A stretch of 46,820 nucleotides of DNA from Hyphochytrium catenoides (taxonomy: Eukaryota > Protista > Hyphochytriomycota), in contig FLMG01002866.1 of assembly GCA_900088475.1 (NCBI GenBank), positions 1-46,820 of the forward strand. The letters run 5' to 3'. Below the pieces are notes generated by a model, which was not told where the DNA came from, made no database searches, and saw only the letters and a list, made by a program, of their open reading frames with translations. A program made the translations under genes and the position numbers. Below are positions 21,050 through 34,800 of this stretch, one piece after another (the first letter of the stretch is position 1; every line of letters starts with the position of its first letter).

Positions 21050-24000
21050 CTACGCTTTAGTTTGCTGTTGTGCGACCGCGGTCGGCAGCTTGCTAACTCT
21101 TTTGTACTTTGAGAGGTCTAAGTGCTCTAGCCTGAAGGTCCCAATGACTTTTTCGGGAAGCTCTCCATCTGTTTGTGCCTCTATCATCCACGCAATGTCG
21201 ATAACCAGCTGTTTGATAGCGCCACGGACTAGCCCTACTACTTGATTAGCAATCCTGCATGGCAAACCAGAGTGGCAAGGTCAGGGTATCAAGCTTAAGG
21301 CTTTGGAAAAGAATAGGAGATTATGTGAAGAACGTCATAGCACATAAAATTGTCATCAAGCAGCTACAATGCGGTAGCAGTGTTGACGTCACGCAAGTAT
21401 GAACTCGTCTGGCCGAGAGAAAGTGAGAAAGGTTCTTGGGTCCAAATATTGCGGAAAGAACTTTCGAGCAGCAGAAAGGCTAGGGTGGGCTCTGTGGTAC
21501 CTATCCGAGGCAATGTCAAGGTCAACCTCAAAGTAATTCTCTCCTCGGAAGTATGGAATCCGTAATCCCTTGTTGCCAATGATCGCTGGCTTGGCTCCGA
21601 CGGCCTGTTTGATAATAAACGGACCTACCACCACGTTGGGGATGAGCTTGAATCGGTTGTTCCGAAAGGTGTCGTCTCCATCGATGAAGTCCAAGAAGAG
21701 CTCTGAGAAAGGTGACTGGGAACACAGAGGACTCCATTAATTCAACATCAGAGCAAGGCCTGTCCTATGCCATCATGATACAGAGCTTGAGGTGAGAAGA
21801 ATATAGGAAATTGATACAATGAATTAGCTGCCTGGGACGCTGGCAATGGAAAGCGAAGTCAAGGGAACAGATTGTATCATTTGCGCGGAGCTCTCATCTA
21901 CTCTAAGCGAGGGTGATACCTTACCTTCTGCTCCATAAACTTAGGGTTCTTGGGGTGGTAATAGGCCACAAGACTTAGATTCTCCGGACAGGGGACGATG
22001 ATGTTGACAACAAAGGTATATGGAGCGTCACTGGCTGTCTCATTGAGCTGGCTGACGACATTGTCAGGGCGACCAGCCACATTGTATCTGTCTTGTGGAT
22101 CTTCAAAGGACAAGAGGTCACAGCCAACAAGGTGGAAGGCGCTGCTGCCCGCGGATACCTATTTGAAGAAGCACGTATAAGGAACACGGCGGTTGGAATA
22201 GCGTACTCTCTGTCTTTGGGCGTGCTGAGAAAGGTTAGGCCGTCAACTCTTATGCTATGAGCCAGGAAGATAGGCCTCAGAATGTGCTAGATGTCAAGAC
22301 TTGAGAAAAGGAAAGACAGTTATGTATTCGAGGACACAGGATCCCAGGATGACCTTCTTCTTGTCTTGAAGGTATGTGGGCCCCCGCACGTTAAACTTGC
22401 TCGCATCAAACTCTTTGTAAAACTGTTCTGGGCAGGATGTCGGAAGTCTCCTCGCTTCTCCGTACCGAGGCGTAGGGAGGTGGAGATGTCAGAGGAAAGA
22501 GAGGGTTCGGTGTGAAGTTAGCTGCAAGAGTCCTCATTCCCTCATAGATTGCGTAAGAGAACAAACGGACCAAGTGATATTAAGCTACAACTAGGTCGTA
22601 CACTCTCGCTCGCCCTTACCAGTGGTTTCTTCCTTGTTGTCCTCTTTCTCCTTGCCATGTGAAGGGGTGGTTGGCGTAGTCGACGAGGTTACAGTCAAGG
22701 TAGGTTCGATGAAGTCCATAGGGTAGAACTCGTCTCGAACGCCCACCACTGACCAGAGAAGCGGAAGTGCAAAGTCCACGCTTCGTCCATATTTTAGCCA
22801 CCAGGAGGCACCACCGCTGGGGTCATACCTGTAGCCAGTAGAGTTTAGAAGGGTTTGACAGTGGCAGAGGTACCGGCGATGGCTCATATATGCAACATTT
22901 CACGGCAGAAGCAATCTCTAAGGCCAATCAAATGCTAGAGCACAACCTCACTCGAGAGATGAAGACAAAGAGAAAGGACTTAAGCTAGAGAAGAGTTTAG
23001 CTCAACCACACGTCCAAACAATTTCTATTTTGAGCACTTCCACGCCAGAAGAAATTAACATTGACCAGACCCATCTTGACTTCCCTAACTCATTACTATG
23101 AAGACGCCAGTAGAAGCATGGGATTGACCCGGCGTACCTCATGACGTAAGTAAGAAGAGATGCACTCGCATTGCTACCCTTCGAATGGGCGACTTCAGGC
23201 CGTAGCGGAGCAATGATCAAAGCTCCTGCGTCCAACTTCGCGCGCACCACACCGGGGCGTGGCCTGCACTCAGGGTGTTCTGTACTCTGGTAGAGAACTA
23301 TATAGCTACCGTCCTACAAACGCAGTTTCCGTGTGAGCAAGAATATAGACCAAGATGGTGGGAAGAGATCCTAGTGGCAAGTGCACAAGAGCATAATAAG
23401 GAGAAAGTCACGTTCGTTCTCTCGTCGCCTCAGTGAGCTCGCGTAAGGTCAAGACCCAGCTTTAGCTATCAATCTACGACCTACCTCCTCTACTCTCCAA
23501 TACCTAATAAGACATAAATCTCGTGGACGCGTCCAAAACGCCCAAATCCAAGTTGGCCGAAGAACAATATGGAGAACGTCTGAATGGTCATCCAGCTTCT
23601 GGATCACTTTGACGTGAGAAGCTGCAGACAACCATCGCTGCCACTGTCCACATAGCAGCAAGGCAACCGTCAGATGTCCTAGTCTTGTGACATTGATTTA
23701 CCCAGAACTTCAAGTCCACTGAAGTAGAACCTAAGCCGCTCTCCGCCAATTATAGCGCAAACAGTCCACCACCGCTCCATCGATATGCCTAACTTCCGTT
23801 CGGCCCTTCTTCGTCGATTGATTGCTGACTTCTTACCTTGTTTGGGTCCATGATTAGGTTGAAAATGGCCTGAGGGCTTGCCCTAACAATGTCCTGAACT
23901 TTAAGGGATGGGATGTACGGCGAGCCTGGGCGAGATGCGACCTGCAATATTATCACGGGCCGTACCCCTTTAGCTAGGAGGGGTAACATGCACTTCCAGG

Positions 24001-26532
24001 AACACGAAAGACCTGACACGGCGCTGTCAACTCAGTATCACGTCAACCAAATGCCGCCTTCAATTAACTTAACTCAAGTGAAGCCATGAAGGAGTCGATA
24101 TGCTCACCAGCACTTACTCTCATATAAAAGCAACCCGCTCCCAATGTGACACTGGCCACAACTGAGAACATTCCAGACATCCCCAGATATGGTAAGAGAC
24201 TAGAGGCGAAAAGGGAGAGAATTACAGCGAGCATCCAGTCTTGATTATTCCTGTTTGCCATATCGGTATCGTACGCCGCTGCACCATAATCGAGGATGAA
24301 TGTGAGCGGTCGTTCAAGGGAAAGAAAGGTTCTGGGATGAGATGGTATTGCTCAACGGACCAAATAGAGTTTCCCTAGGAGTAGGTATGGCCTTAGTTTG
24401 AAAAGAAGTATCTGACCGTAAGTGTCCAAGTGGCCTCTGATCTCTTCCATAACGCGTAGGCCTGCAGCTATCGTTAGAATTCTCCAATGTGTCTGTTGGC
24501 TATCTCCCTGCTCGAAAAGAGCCGAAGAGGTAGGGACTTTTAGAACCCCTGAGCAAAGGTTAGGGAACAGAGTGCTTGTCACAGAGCTACCTCATGGTTG
24601 GCTGTATCCTCTTGACCAACAGATCTCCCAGAACGGTATCCAGCACGAAGAATGCCTCTGCCGTAGTCCTCCTTGAGCACTGCCTCCATGGTTGCAGGAA
24701 CCGTACCTAACTGACTCTTACGAAAGAGGCCCTGATGCAATACGAAGCAGCGAGGTCATAAGGTGTGGATACTGAAAAGCGCTGTAGCTCCCGTCAGCGT
24801 TGGTTCCAAAAGGCCCAGCAGCTAAAAAGATAACAATAGCCATACTAGCGCCACCGAAGGAAGACCCCGCATGCGAGGATGGGGTATCCAACCCTAAAGG
24901 AAGACCCACGACGACAGGAGAACGGTAGTCGAAGGGAGCACCTTTGCCTTATATTCAACTTGCCGAAACTTCGACTGCACACAGTGAAGGGGAATGGTGG
25001 TTAAGGCTCTGCAAAGGCTAGATAGAGGCCCTAGAATTTAACACCCAGCCTGAAGTCAGGAGAAAGGACAGTAGAACTGAAGTGGGCACTGCTTGTGCTC
25101 GTAATGCAATTGCAAATTAGATGCATATGCTAAAAGTAGATTTCTTACTCTCTGTATCGCTTGTGCTAAGCAATTCCTCCATTCTTGCGCACTCTCCCTT
25201 GACTTTGCCCCGAGCTCGACATAGCGCTCTCTGAGCGTAAGCGTGAAAGTGGTGCCATGGGGAAGTTCCAACGGGAACTTTATCTTGAATACCCAGAAGG
25301 TCTCTACATAAGATTGATGAGATGCAAAGTCCATGTCAGCAATCTCTAAAATAGCCTCAGATATGGATGATGAAAGCAGATACAAAAGGTCGCTTCCTAG
25401 CTGTACCGATATTGGGACTAAGAAGGGACCTGAAGTGATGAGACTGCATTAAAGAGGGAAAATGCAAAGACTCCTTGAGGAGACAGCCGTAAGGAGAGAT
25501 CCGAGATCGTAAGTTCTGCAAGGCTGCATGGCTTTGGAGTGAAGAGCAAAAAGAGCGATTTTACTTGAAAGTAGATCTCTGCAGCCGAGTGAGTTTGAAA
25601 GATAGAAGTGCAGTTGCAAGCAGATGACCTTTGTTCCAATCATGGGTCTCCACGACATCGCTCACAGTGCAATCCGGGGTCAAAGTATAGGTGTTGCGAG
25701 GCGTCTAGATGAGGCCATGAGGTCAGATGCACAAGTATGGGGCTCATCAGACATCACGCAAAACCAGCAAGGACAAGAGATGAGGCGCGAGCCACCCGCT
25801 ATGAGAATAAAGAAAGACAGCGACTGAATAGCAAGATGCATGATGGAATAGAAGACTGTTGGCTGGCTACAGTGTGAAGGGCTGAGGAGCTGGACATACC
25901 GGATCGCCACGCTTGTTGAACAGACACAGCTTAGTGTCTTCTAGGATAAAGTAGCGTTCATCTGAGGGCGGCGCACAGTCAGGAGGTGGTATCGAGAATC
26001 AAACTCTAGCAAGTATGGAGAATATAGGGAACAGATAGAGAGCAGGAAGACCGCCTGTCTGTTTTGGGAAGGCAATGCTGGGCGACCATGGTAAGCAGCC
26101 ACTTAGCGGATGACTTGCGTACGGAAGTACTTTCTCAGAGCCAGTCATTAGACGTACTGAAGATTATATTAAGATGGTCCCGTTTGCGCAGCCGGTTCCT
26201 CTTCACCAGCCAGCCTTCCATGGTGACAAAACCCCCAAGCGGTTGACTGCACAAATTAACCCTAAGTGACAAGATGGTCCGGCTGCCTCAAGTTTGCCTT
26301 GACTTACCGTTCAAACCTCCAGGCTTGAGGCAGGGCCTCTGCAAGGAGTTCTGTCTCCTTTTTGTCTGCAAGCTCGAGTGCTTTCTGCGAAGACCAGGAC
26401 GGCGGAGTCAGAGGTCTGGCTGTCAGATGATCCCAGGACTGAGTGACCGATAGCGTGACAGGCGGTCGATAGGATCACCTCCTTATACCGATAGCGCCGA
26501 TAGATTATCATCGCAAGCCCAAGTGCCAGCAT
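21050..26532 (-). CDS. EDR2-like PH-START-DUF1336 lipid-binding protein (multi-exon)
   Basis: Spliced exons give PH (MEGWLVKR...NERYFILED...SAQEWRNCLAQAI) and START (DIVRASPQAIFNLIMD/WQRW...RPRDLCLIRYWR). They also give DUF1336 (FNVRGPTYLQDKKK, DGDDTFRNNRFKLIP, YFRGENYFEVDLDI, IEAQTDGELPEKVIGTFRL). Stop at 21050; first exons 26532-26479 and 26384-26308 inferred from GT-AG joins. Confidence 0.92.
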
Positions 26533-27358
26533 ATGTGTACAGCACTGTACTCATCTAACATCTACAACTCTTGTCGATGACAATGTGACGCTTCACCTGC
26601 CTCATTTATTTACAGTCATACGCACTTTATAAACAGCGGCAGCAGTGGTCGCTAACGGCTTGGTATGAGGGAGGGTTTGTGCTGACCGTTAGCGGTAGGC
26701 TAGGAAGTGTAACCACCACCCTCTCTCCTTCCCTTTCGATGGGCCATGGTCTGCATGTTCCAGTGTCGGGTCCATCTCTCTGGCATTCTGTCTCGTTCCT
26801 ATATTGCTTTATCCTCACACTTTCCCTTTATATCTCTCTGGCTCTTTCACGCGGATGGCGTCTCTTACAATGCTCTCTGTCTTTGGTTTTCGTCTCTTTA
26901 TCAACTGCCAGTTCGCGGAACATCTGGGTCGGCGCACTTGTCTCGACCTCGAACTGGGTAAAAAGCGCTGGAAGACGGCCTTCTTGATCTTGGTCTCTTG
27001 CTCTCTTTGCCGACGTTATCTCAAAGAAACAAGACCTCTTACCAGCGACCTCAAGCCATTGATCTTCGTCTCAAATTGCTTTGCCAAAAGCTTCGAAGAT
27101 TCGTAACGCCGAGACACATAATAAATGACTGTAGAGGAGTAAGGAGTCGACTGAGCTACGTGTCACCTTTGCGTCCTCCGCCCTTCGCCTGGTTTCGCAG
27201 CCGTGCGACCGGAGAAGAAGATCAGGGATGTCGACCAAAGCAATAGGAAGCACAGCGAAGCTCTCGGTAATCGCCCTACTATCCTGCTATCCCATTGAGA
27301 CATTTCTCGGTCAAATCCTGCGCCATGACCATGCCATTACATTCCACATCCATTTGAC

Positions 27359-27407
27359 NNNNNNNNNNNNNNNNNNNNNNNNNNNNNNNNNNNNNNNNNN
27401 NNNNNNN
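27359..27407. other. Assembly gap (49 N)
   Basis: Run of N. Confidence 1.
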
Positions 27408-27409
27408 TA

Positions 27410-29898
27410 ATGAACTCAACAATGAAGGCGGCGAAGCGTGCCGAGCTGATGGCCCTTAAAAACAAGGAAGATGAGAAAGGAGACCGGCGCTTGCTTCTTC
27501 AGCGAGCCCTTGTTGAGAAGCTCACAGGGAAATATGCCCGAGGAAGTGAAGAGGCGGAACGCGTCATCAAGGCTACGGTGCGTGATGTCATGGGGAAGAA
27601 GGTGAAGCTGACAGAAGACGATATCAGAGGGCTGGAGAAGACCGTGAAAGAGCTCTGCGCCACCTTCCCCGCCGTCAACAGACCTAGGGTAAGACAACAT
27701 GCTTGTTCACGTGCTTTCAACTTTCTTATCAGAGGCATCAAGAAGTCATACGCCTGTGTTTATGCTGCCAACATAGTTCTTTCTATCGTTCTAAGCTTGG
27801 CTACCAGTTCCATGGCTCGTGTGGCAACAGAGCAAAGTCTTGTCTTACTCCTACGTGCTCCTAGTCCCAAAGCAGCACTAAGGACTCGATGAAGGAAGAT
27901 ACGGCACGTGCAGTAGAGGCAGTGGATAGCCCACACAGGCTTAACTCTGGGAGCCCGTCAGGTCCGAGAGAAGCACCAAAGGCGTCTGAATGTCTTTACT
28001 GATTAGTCGGTCTGTGTGCTTTTCTGTATGCAGCAACTTCTCCCATCGGCAAGGTGGACGAGTGGACTCTGATCAATGAGTATAACAGGTACATTGCTAA
28101 CCGCTCTTGCAGCCACATAAATTGCCCCTTCCCTTAACTAGCGCTCCCCATCATTCTCCTCGGTCGATCGTCAGTCTCCAGCACGAGCAGGAACTGTCAG
28201 CCAAGAAGAAGAAGGCAAAAGACGACAAGCTAGTCCAGCGGATGATCCTGGACAAGCAGCGGCAGGAAAAGCTGGATAAGCAAAGGAAGCAGAAGAGGGA
28301 CGAGTTGGAGTACTATAAGCGCACATGTAAGGATCAATGCCTTTTTGCCATTCATTGCAACTACGGGCTCCGTTTTTCTGGTCTTTTCTGTTTTTTTCTG
28401 GACCATGTGGAAATTTTTTTTTCTGTGCCTTGACTGGCCTCCTGCTGTCTCCTACCCTTTCCACTACGCTCTTGTTCTGCAGTGGACGACGTCGAACGGT
28501 GGAAGGCAGAAGAGCAGAAGAAGAAGATCGACCTTAAGGATCAGATCAAAGAAATCAAGCAGGATCGCGAAAGACAAATTAAGGAGATCCAAGTGCTGAG
28601 AGACAGGATAAAACAAGCCAAGCTGAAGGATGAGCTAGCACTGCTTGAACGCTGTGACAACGTAAGAGGAGCACTGCTTTAGGATCAAGATGAATTTCCT
28701 GAGTTAGCGCCCACCACTCTCGCTGACCTTCGTCCTCACATTTGACTGGTGTAGCTCATCAAGAAAGAAGTGGAAGCGATCGTTGAGAAGAGGAAGGAGG
28801 AAAAGGAGAGGATGCTGGTGGTACAACTGGAGAATAAGAAAAATGAAGTGATCCGAGAGGAAAGACGGAAAAAGGAAGCCGATGAAGACATCAGACTGAT
28901 GCAGGAATATGCAGCCAAGTTGGACAAGGTCGGAGACTCTGCTTGATTTAACCTTAGCTAGGACCTGTAAGGGTCGCGATAGCCTCTCACATGCCGCCTC
29001 GTTGTTCTGGATGATCATCACAGGAAGAAGCCGACCGAGAGTACGCCTTGAAAGCCAAGTTGCGCACCCAGGAAGATTTCTCTGCTCTGACTGCCAAGAT
29101 GTTGGAGAAGAAGCGACAGAAGGAGCTAGAGTTTGAAAGACAAGTGGAGGTCTGTGCAAAGTTAAAGGAAGAGGCGGACCAGCTCCGGGAAAAGGTACGG
29201 CAACAGTGACAAACTGCCTTCTCTCTGTCTGACAGAACTAGTGGAGATTTTTGCCGTCCGCACCGACCGCTTGTACGTGCCACGGTGTATTAGTCAGTAT
29301 CTCTGACGCGCTGCCAATATCTTTATTTTCCATCGCGGCGTTTGTTCCTCATGCAGAGAGACAAAGCGAAAATCAAGGAAGATACCATAGCTTGCAAGGT
29401 CACCCTGAAAGATCAACAAGCTCAGAAGGAGAAGACCCAGAAGGAGCAGGTGAGATGGCCATGATAGTAGTACCGAGGGTTTATACATGCGGCTGCTGAT
29501 CTGATATCTTACATAATTGTTGGTATCTACAGGAGCTGCTTGATGCAGAGTATGCCAGACGCTTCAGAGAAGAAGGAGAAAAAGCTCAGAAAGACCAAAT
29601 ATTGAATAAGAGGTGCGCACTGCTGGCTCTGTCGGTTGTCATCCAGTTCTTAACTCTCTCTCTTTTTTAAAGGCATCTGCAAGATAAAGCCAAAGCCCAT
29701 CAGAAGATGCTTTTGGAGCAGATGAAAGCCAAGGCTCAATTGGAAGAGTCGGCTGCCCAGTCCATGGACGACAAGGAGAGGAAGCTCAATAAGAAGGCAC
29801 TCGAAAAGATTGAGTCACCAGAAGTACTGGCAGAGATCTCAAGGCGGCTCTCTCCTCTAAAGACCAAGGCGAACCATCATAGCCGCCCACTCTGGTGA
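27410..29898 (+). CDS. Multi-exon E/K/Q/R-rich coiled-coil protein, trichohyalin-plectin-homology-like (probable cilium/basal-body protein)
   Basis: GT-AG-bounded exons (first 27410-27688) encode VDEWTLINEYN, QRMILDKQRQEK, WKAEEQKKK, LMQEYAAKLDK and LLEQMKAK, ending SRPLW*. The start is adjacent to the gap, so the 5' end is uncertain. Product is inferred from composition. Confidence 0.75.
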
Positions 29899-30502
29899 AA
29901 AGGGAAAAGCAGTACAGGCAGGAGAAGGAAAGATGAAGCTTCTTCTCCCTTAGTGTGATCCCCGTGGGACCTGATGAGGTTGATGCGACTATCGTAGCTC
30001 TCATATCTGAGGCAGTGGCGGGCAGCTATGGAAGCGAAGGAGAAGGAAAGGCACTGAAGCTGTGTCCATTTACAGGAGGCTGGCTAAGGCAGACACTTAA
30101 CTTGGGATAGGATAGTGAGCGCTAAGGACGCGGGAGGAGTCCTGCCGCTGTCATTAGAGCACTAACTAGGGGCCACGATTCCGTCCTAAGCTGCCTAACC
30201 AAGCGGTGTTCATAGAGCTTTCTTTTCTAGATGCTTATCTCGCCACATGAGGTCCAAGAGCGCTGGTATCCTACCTTTCCCCGCTTTTCGCCTCCGCGCC
30301 CATCCCTTCTGTGCCCTAGCCTTGAAATGTTTGATCGTTGCCATGGTGGAAGAGCAACTTTTGTCTCTACCTGTCGCAGTTGTCTGCTTGCCCCGGGCCA
30401 GCTGTCTCCAGAGGCCCTTCTCCTCCGCTTACACGTCTCAATCTCATTCATCAAACCATTGAGACTGTTTCTCCAAAGTAGAAGGGACGCCCATAGTGTA
30501 AC

Positions 30503-31031
30503 CTAGTTTCTCTGCTGCGTTCTCCGCGAAGAAGCTTGAGGCAGCCTCAACGCTTGAAGCTGACGGACGTCTGCTCTCTGTTTCTCATTGATCTCGACAG
30601 CAGCATCGTACAGTCGCCTCATATTCCTCTCTAGAACGTCATTTTCAGCCTGAACACATAAGATTGCCCCTGTCAGAAAGAGGTTCGGAGGCCTAGATAC
30701 GCGGAAGAAGGAATGAAGCAGGAGAAGCCTGCGAACGATGGGGATAGAAGACAGCTCAATAGGTGGAAGAGAGATAACAAGAGCATATCGCCACTCATAG
30801 CGTGGTAAATAGTAGACTGCTATTAAAAGATGAGCCGCCGCCTTCCCCGCCGCCGAGAGCGATGGTTCGCGCCATTACCTGAACGGCAGAGTTCACCTCC
30901 TTCAGTTTGGCAAGAACCAGAGACAACTCAGCTTTCCTTCCGTTCAGAAGCTGGATCTCGTCTTCAAGGGCGTCCGTCGCGGATTCTAGAGAAGGAAGCC
31001 CAGCTCTAGTCTCCGTTGATCTCTTTTCCAT
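30503..31031 (-). CDS. Small two-exon coiled-coil protein (~99 aa), similar to the FLASH/CASP8AP2 N-terminal coil
   Basis: Exons 31031-30879 (donor GTAATG) and 30649-30503 (acceptor TTCAG) join in frame to give ...LKEVNSAVQ/AENDVLERNMRRLYDAAVEINEKQRADVRQL. Further upstream exons are possible. Confidence 0.6.
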
Positions 31032-31829
31032 GTTGAGAAGTCAGATCTGCTTATTTCTCGCCAGCTTTCTAGTCTTGGTACATTGGCACGTAGGACCCCT
31101 AACTTGAGCTCGAGTGGGTCAGTCAGCCTCCGCTAGCTGCAACGCTAGCTGTCTTCTTCCTCATAGTGTCTCCTGGACCACGTAGCCACTGCCACGACCT
31201 GTGCTGAGCGATCTGTCAGGGTCCCGGAAATCCTTTATGCTTTCTCATTCAGGTCCTTCGGTCCTCCCGATCATCAGCATCATCAGCAGAGCTCAGCAGA
31301 CTGAGAGAATAAGATGCGGATCAGTGAAGTCTGGAACGATTGTCAGGAGGAACTTCACTGCTAAGTTAGCCGTGGGACCCTCCTTGAATGCGGTTAGCGG
31401 TCCTGTTGACCTTCCTTGACATACACAGTGCAATGACCTTTCGAACGATCTCCAATCCGCCTTTCCTCTTCCAAGCTCCTTCACCTCCGTCAGGCCCGCC
31501 GAAGCAGCGGGCAGTCGAGCCACCGCGTTCTCTGATGAGTGATGAGCCTTGTCGCTTCTCATCTACAACTCTTACTCCTCTTTGCCTGTCCTCGACCTTG
31601 CTAAGAACTAGCATTGTCCGGATGGAGAAACCTCTGTGACTCACCAGGCTCACTTCTAGCAGCCATGTAGGGAAGGTCCAAGGGTGAGAGAAGCAACGAT
31701 GATGCTGCCCATAGAGTGCTCTGGCGCCATTGTTCATTCAGAGCTATGGTCATTGGTCTTGCAGCCGGAAGGAGAAGCGAGGAATGCCTTGAGACGTCCT
31801 TTTCTTCGCTTTCTTCACACTTAGCCGCG

Positions 31830-34800
31830 ATGGAGAGCACTTCTCCTCCGCAAGGGGAAAGCAAGAACGGGCAAGAGGTTCCTGAGGCAGCGAGCAAGAA
31901 GGTAAGAGAAATTTGTCACTCGTCAGAGAACCCACACTGCCAGCAACCTCTAGTCAACCCACCAGCTCACAGCGCTTGCCCATGGTGGCTACTCCTCGTG
32001 GCCTTATGCCAACTAGGGCGTGCCCTATTTATCGCTTCCAGAGACTTCCAAGCAGCACGAACGTCGAATCCTTTGGCGAACACTCTCCAAGAGCTCTTCT
32101 CAGAGTAGTCTGGAGGAAGAAGACGATGATTCTGAGGAAGAAGGAGAAAGAGATGCCAGCGATCACAGGCAGAAGAGCTTCAATGCTTTCCTTCTCGATG
32201 TCTCGCGGCATAACCTGGAGTTAGAGGACAAAGGAGTCATAGAAGATAGCGGAAAAGGCCATGGTAGGGACGCCAAGGTCATTGGTAGGATGCGGACTGG
32301 ACTTTCAGGAGAAAGCGAAGAAGAGCTAGGAGCAGAGCAATCAGAGGAACGCCTCTTCGGGTGAGGACGTAACCTATTGTCCTCCGTTTCCAACAATCCG
32401 CGTGCTCACTAACAATTACTGTTTATTCCTTCAGAGATCAAGCTTCTGGCATACTTCGGGAAGCTGGTGGGGCGCTGTACGCTCCTCTCCTCCTCCTGTC
32501 CTCTCTGCTTCATCTCGACATCTTCTCATTCTTCTACTTTTTGAGCTTTCTCTTGGATGCAGTCATTACAAAGCGTAGGTCCTTCTTTGCCATTGCAATC
32601 TCTGGTAAGTTTCCGAACGATCTCTTCTCCTGATCTCGGACTCGTTCTTAAGCCGCTTAGAGTATGCCTGATCCCACCCAGGAAGCTCTAGAGAGCGGTC
32701 GATCATCTTGGCGTATCGGGTCTTCATAAGAGTCTTTCCTCAGTGTCTGACCATCCTGCTCCCGCCCTTTGGCGACTACTTCTGCGTTGTGCCTCCCTGC
32801 TTTATTTATCGCTGTACATACTGACCTACTCCACTGTGCTCCCTCCATCATGGATATACTAGTCGTGGCCGGCACAACCTTCATTATCCAGGTAGCATTC
32901 CTAATCCTGCACTATGTTCAACCCACTCTGGTGGTTCCTGGACCGGCCAGAATGTGGCGGTGGCTAGGACTCGATAAGCATGATGCAGCTCTCGGGTTGG
33001 CCGGAGACGTGGTTGCTTTCTTGGCGTCCTCATTCTTTCTCTTTTCTAACCGGCCCAAAGCCTCTCGCGTCCAAGGCGTGAACGATAGAACTATTGAGGC
33101 TGAACCTGAGACTCCCAGCGAAGCAACGGTAAGAGGATCTTGGGTTGCAGAGTGGAGGGTATAGATTTGTACGCTAATCTGCGTCTGCTGCTCTCAGACA
33201 CTCCGGCACAACTACCTCCTCCGGACGGAACAAGCGAGGAGGATCGTCCCCTGGGCACATGCTTTAGTCTTTCTCTCTCTCATAAGCATGGCTTGTCTAG
33301 ACGCCATGCTCCTACAAACACCATATGCTGCCGTGCTTCTCTATACACTCGGCCGCCCTTTTCTCCAGCTCTTCAAAGGAACAGATGCTATAAAGCTCTT
33401 CTTGCCTGATGGATCTTTCTTACCCGGTGCGCTCTTCACGGCCGTCATTCTGCTTATCATGTAAGGAAAACCTATCTTTTGCGTCATTTGATCCCAGGTT
33501 TTTCCTCCGCCTCAGTCCACCGAAGCGGCCTCACTTCCTCAATCTGATCTGATAATGGGTTTTCTCTGTATCTTCCCGTCCGTATCCCACAGTCATGGCG
33601 TTTCAATTGTGCGAGCAGACCTCCCAATGACGGTTTTTCCTTCTATAATCCAAGCCATCTTTGAGGCCACGTCGGTAAGCATATATGGCAACACGTCGAT
33701 ATATGCCATCCATTTCCGTTCATTGTTCTCGTTAACCGACTGACTCGAGTATGTCTTTGACGGGACTAGCTGTGGGAGACCTATGCCTTCCTGCTCATCG
33801 GAGTCTGCCTTTTTGAATGCTCCCTCTTTCTGGCTTCAACCCGACATATCCTCAAGGTAAGCTACCCGCTACGGTGTGCTAAGCACATAGCCGCTCCGCC
33901 TTCCTTTTTACTGGGCTTGACTTTGACCATGCACGTACAAATTTGACAAAGTGCCAGGCGCAGCTGCGTCAACTCCAGCTGCGCGTCATCGTTTACTGCT
34001 CTCTGCCATATCTTCTGGCCATCACTAAGACTTAAATGAATAAGTGTTGCCAGGGGCACTGAGCTCGCTAGACTGCAGTTGTCGCCATCGTTGTTCACGT
34101 GCCCTGAACTATTGTACGTTTCTCATGTTTGACGTACGGCGTTGTCCGAACCATGCCCATCCATCTCGCGAAATCCAGTCCACGACTGAGGATGAAGGAA
34201 CCCCAGGCAGCACCACTCGAGGAAGGGTCGAAGGAGTCAGTTTTCTGAAAGGTAAGACAAACACTTCGGCTTTGTCTCTGTTAATGGAGATCACGCTTGC
34301 CCCATCGTCCGCTGCTCAGTAACACCTTTGTTGATAACCGCCCGCAGAAGATGGCAGAGTTCCTGACATAGAAGAAGAACACGAGGGACCTCACCATAAC
34401 TCCGGGGAAGGAGCTCAGGAACGAGATAGCGAGGGATCCTTAGAAAGACAGCAGGGGCTGGGGGAGCTGCATCCGGTACCCTTTACAGTGGCAACCATCC
34501 GGGAGGATCTCTACCTGTTACCTCGCGCGATACGCTTTCTTCTAAATAAGACAGGACGATTCTGCCTCAGGTAAGGGGCATCGAGAAGAGCGTGACCTAA
34601 GAAAGCGTGAAACGAGTCGAGCAAAGGGCAAGCAAAAAGCGGAAGCGTACGAGTGTGTCCAAGGGAGAAGCTCTTAGATTTCTCTCCGTAAGATCGTTTG
34701 GGGTCCTCCTTTCCTGCGATAGCTACCAGGCCTCTAATGACAGCAAAGGGTTTTCTAATCAACCCCTCTCTTTCTGCGGTGGCAGTGTGCTAGGGTTAGT

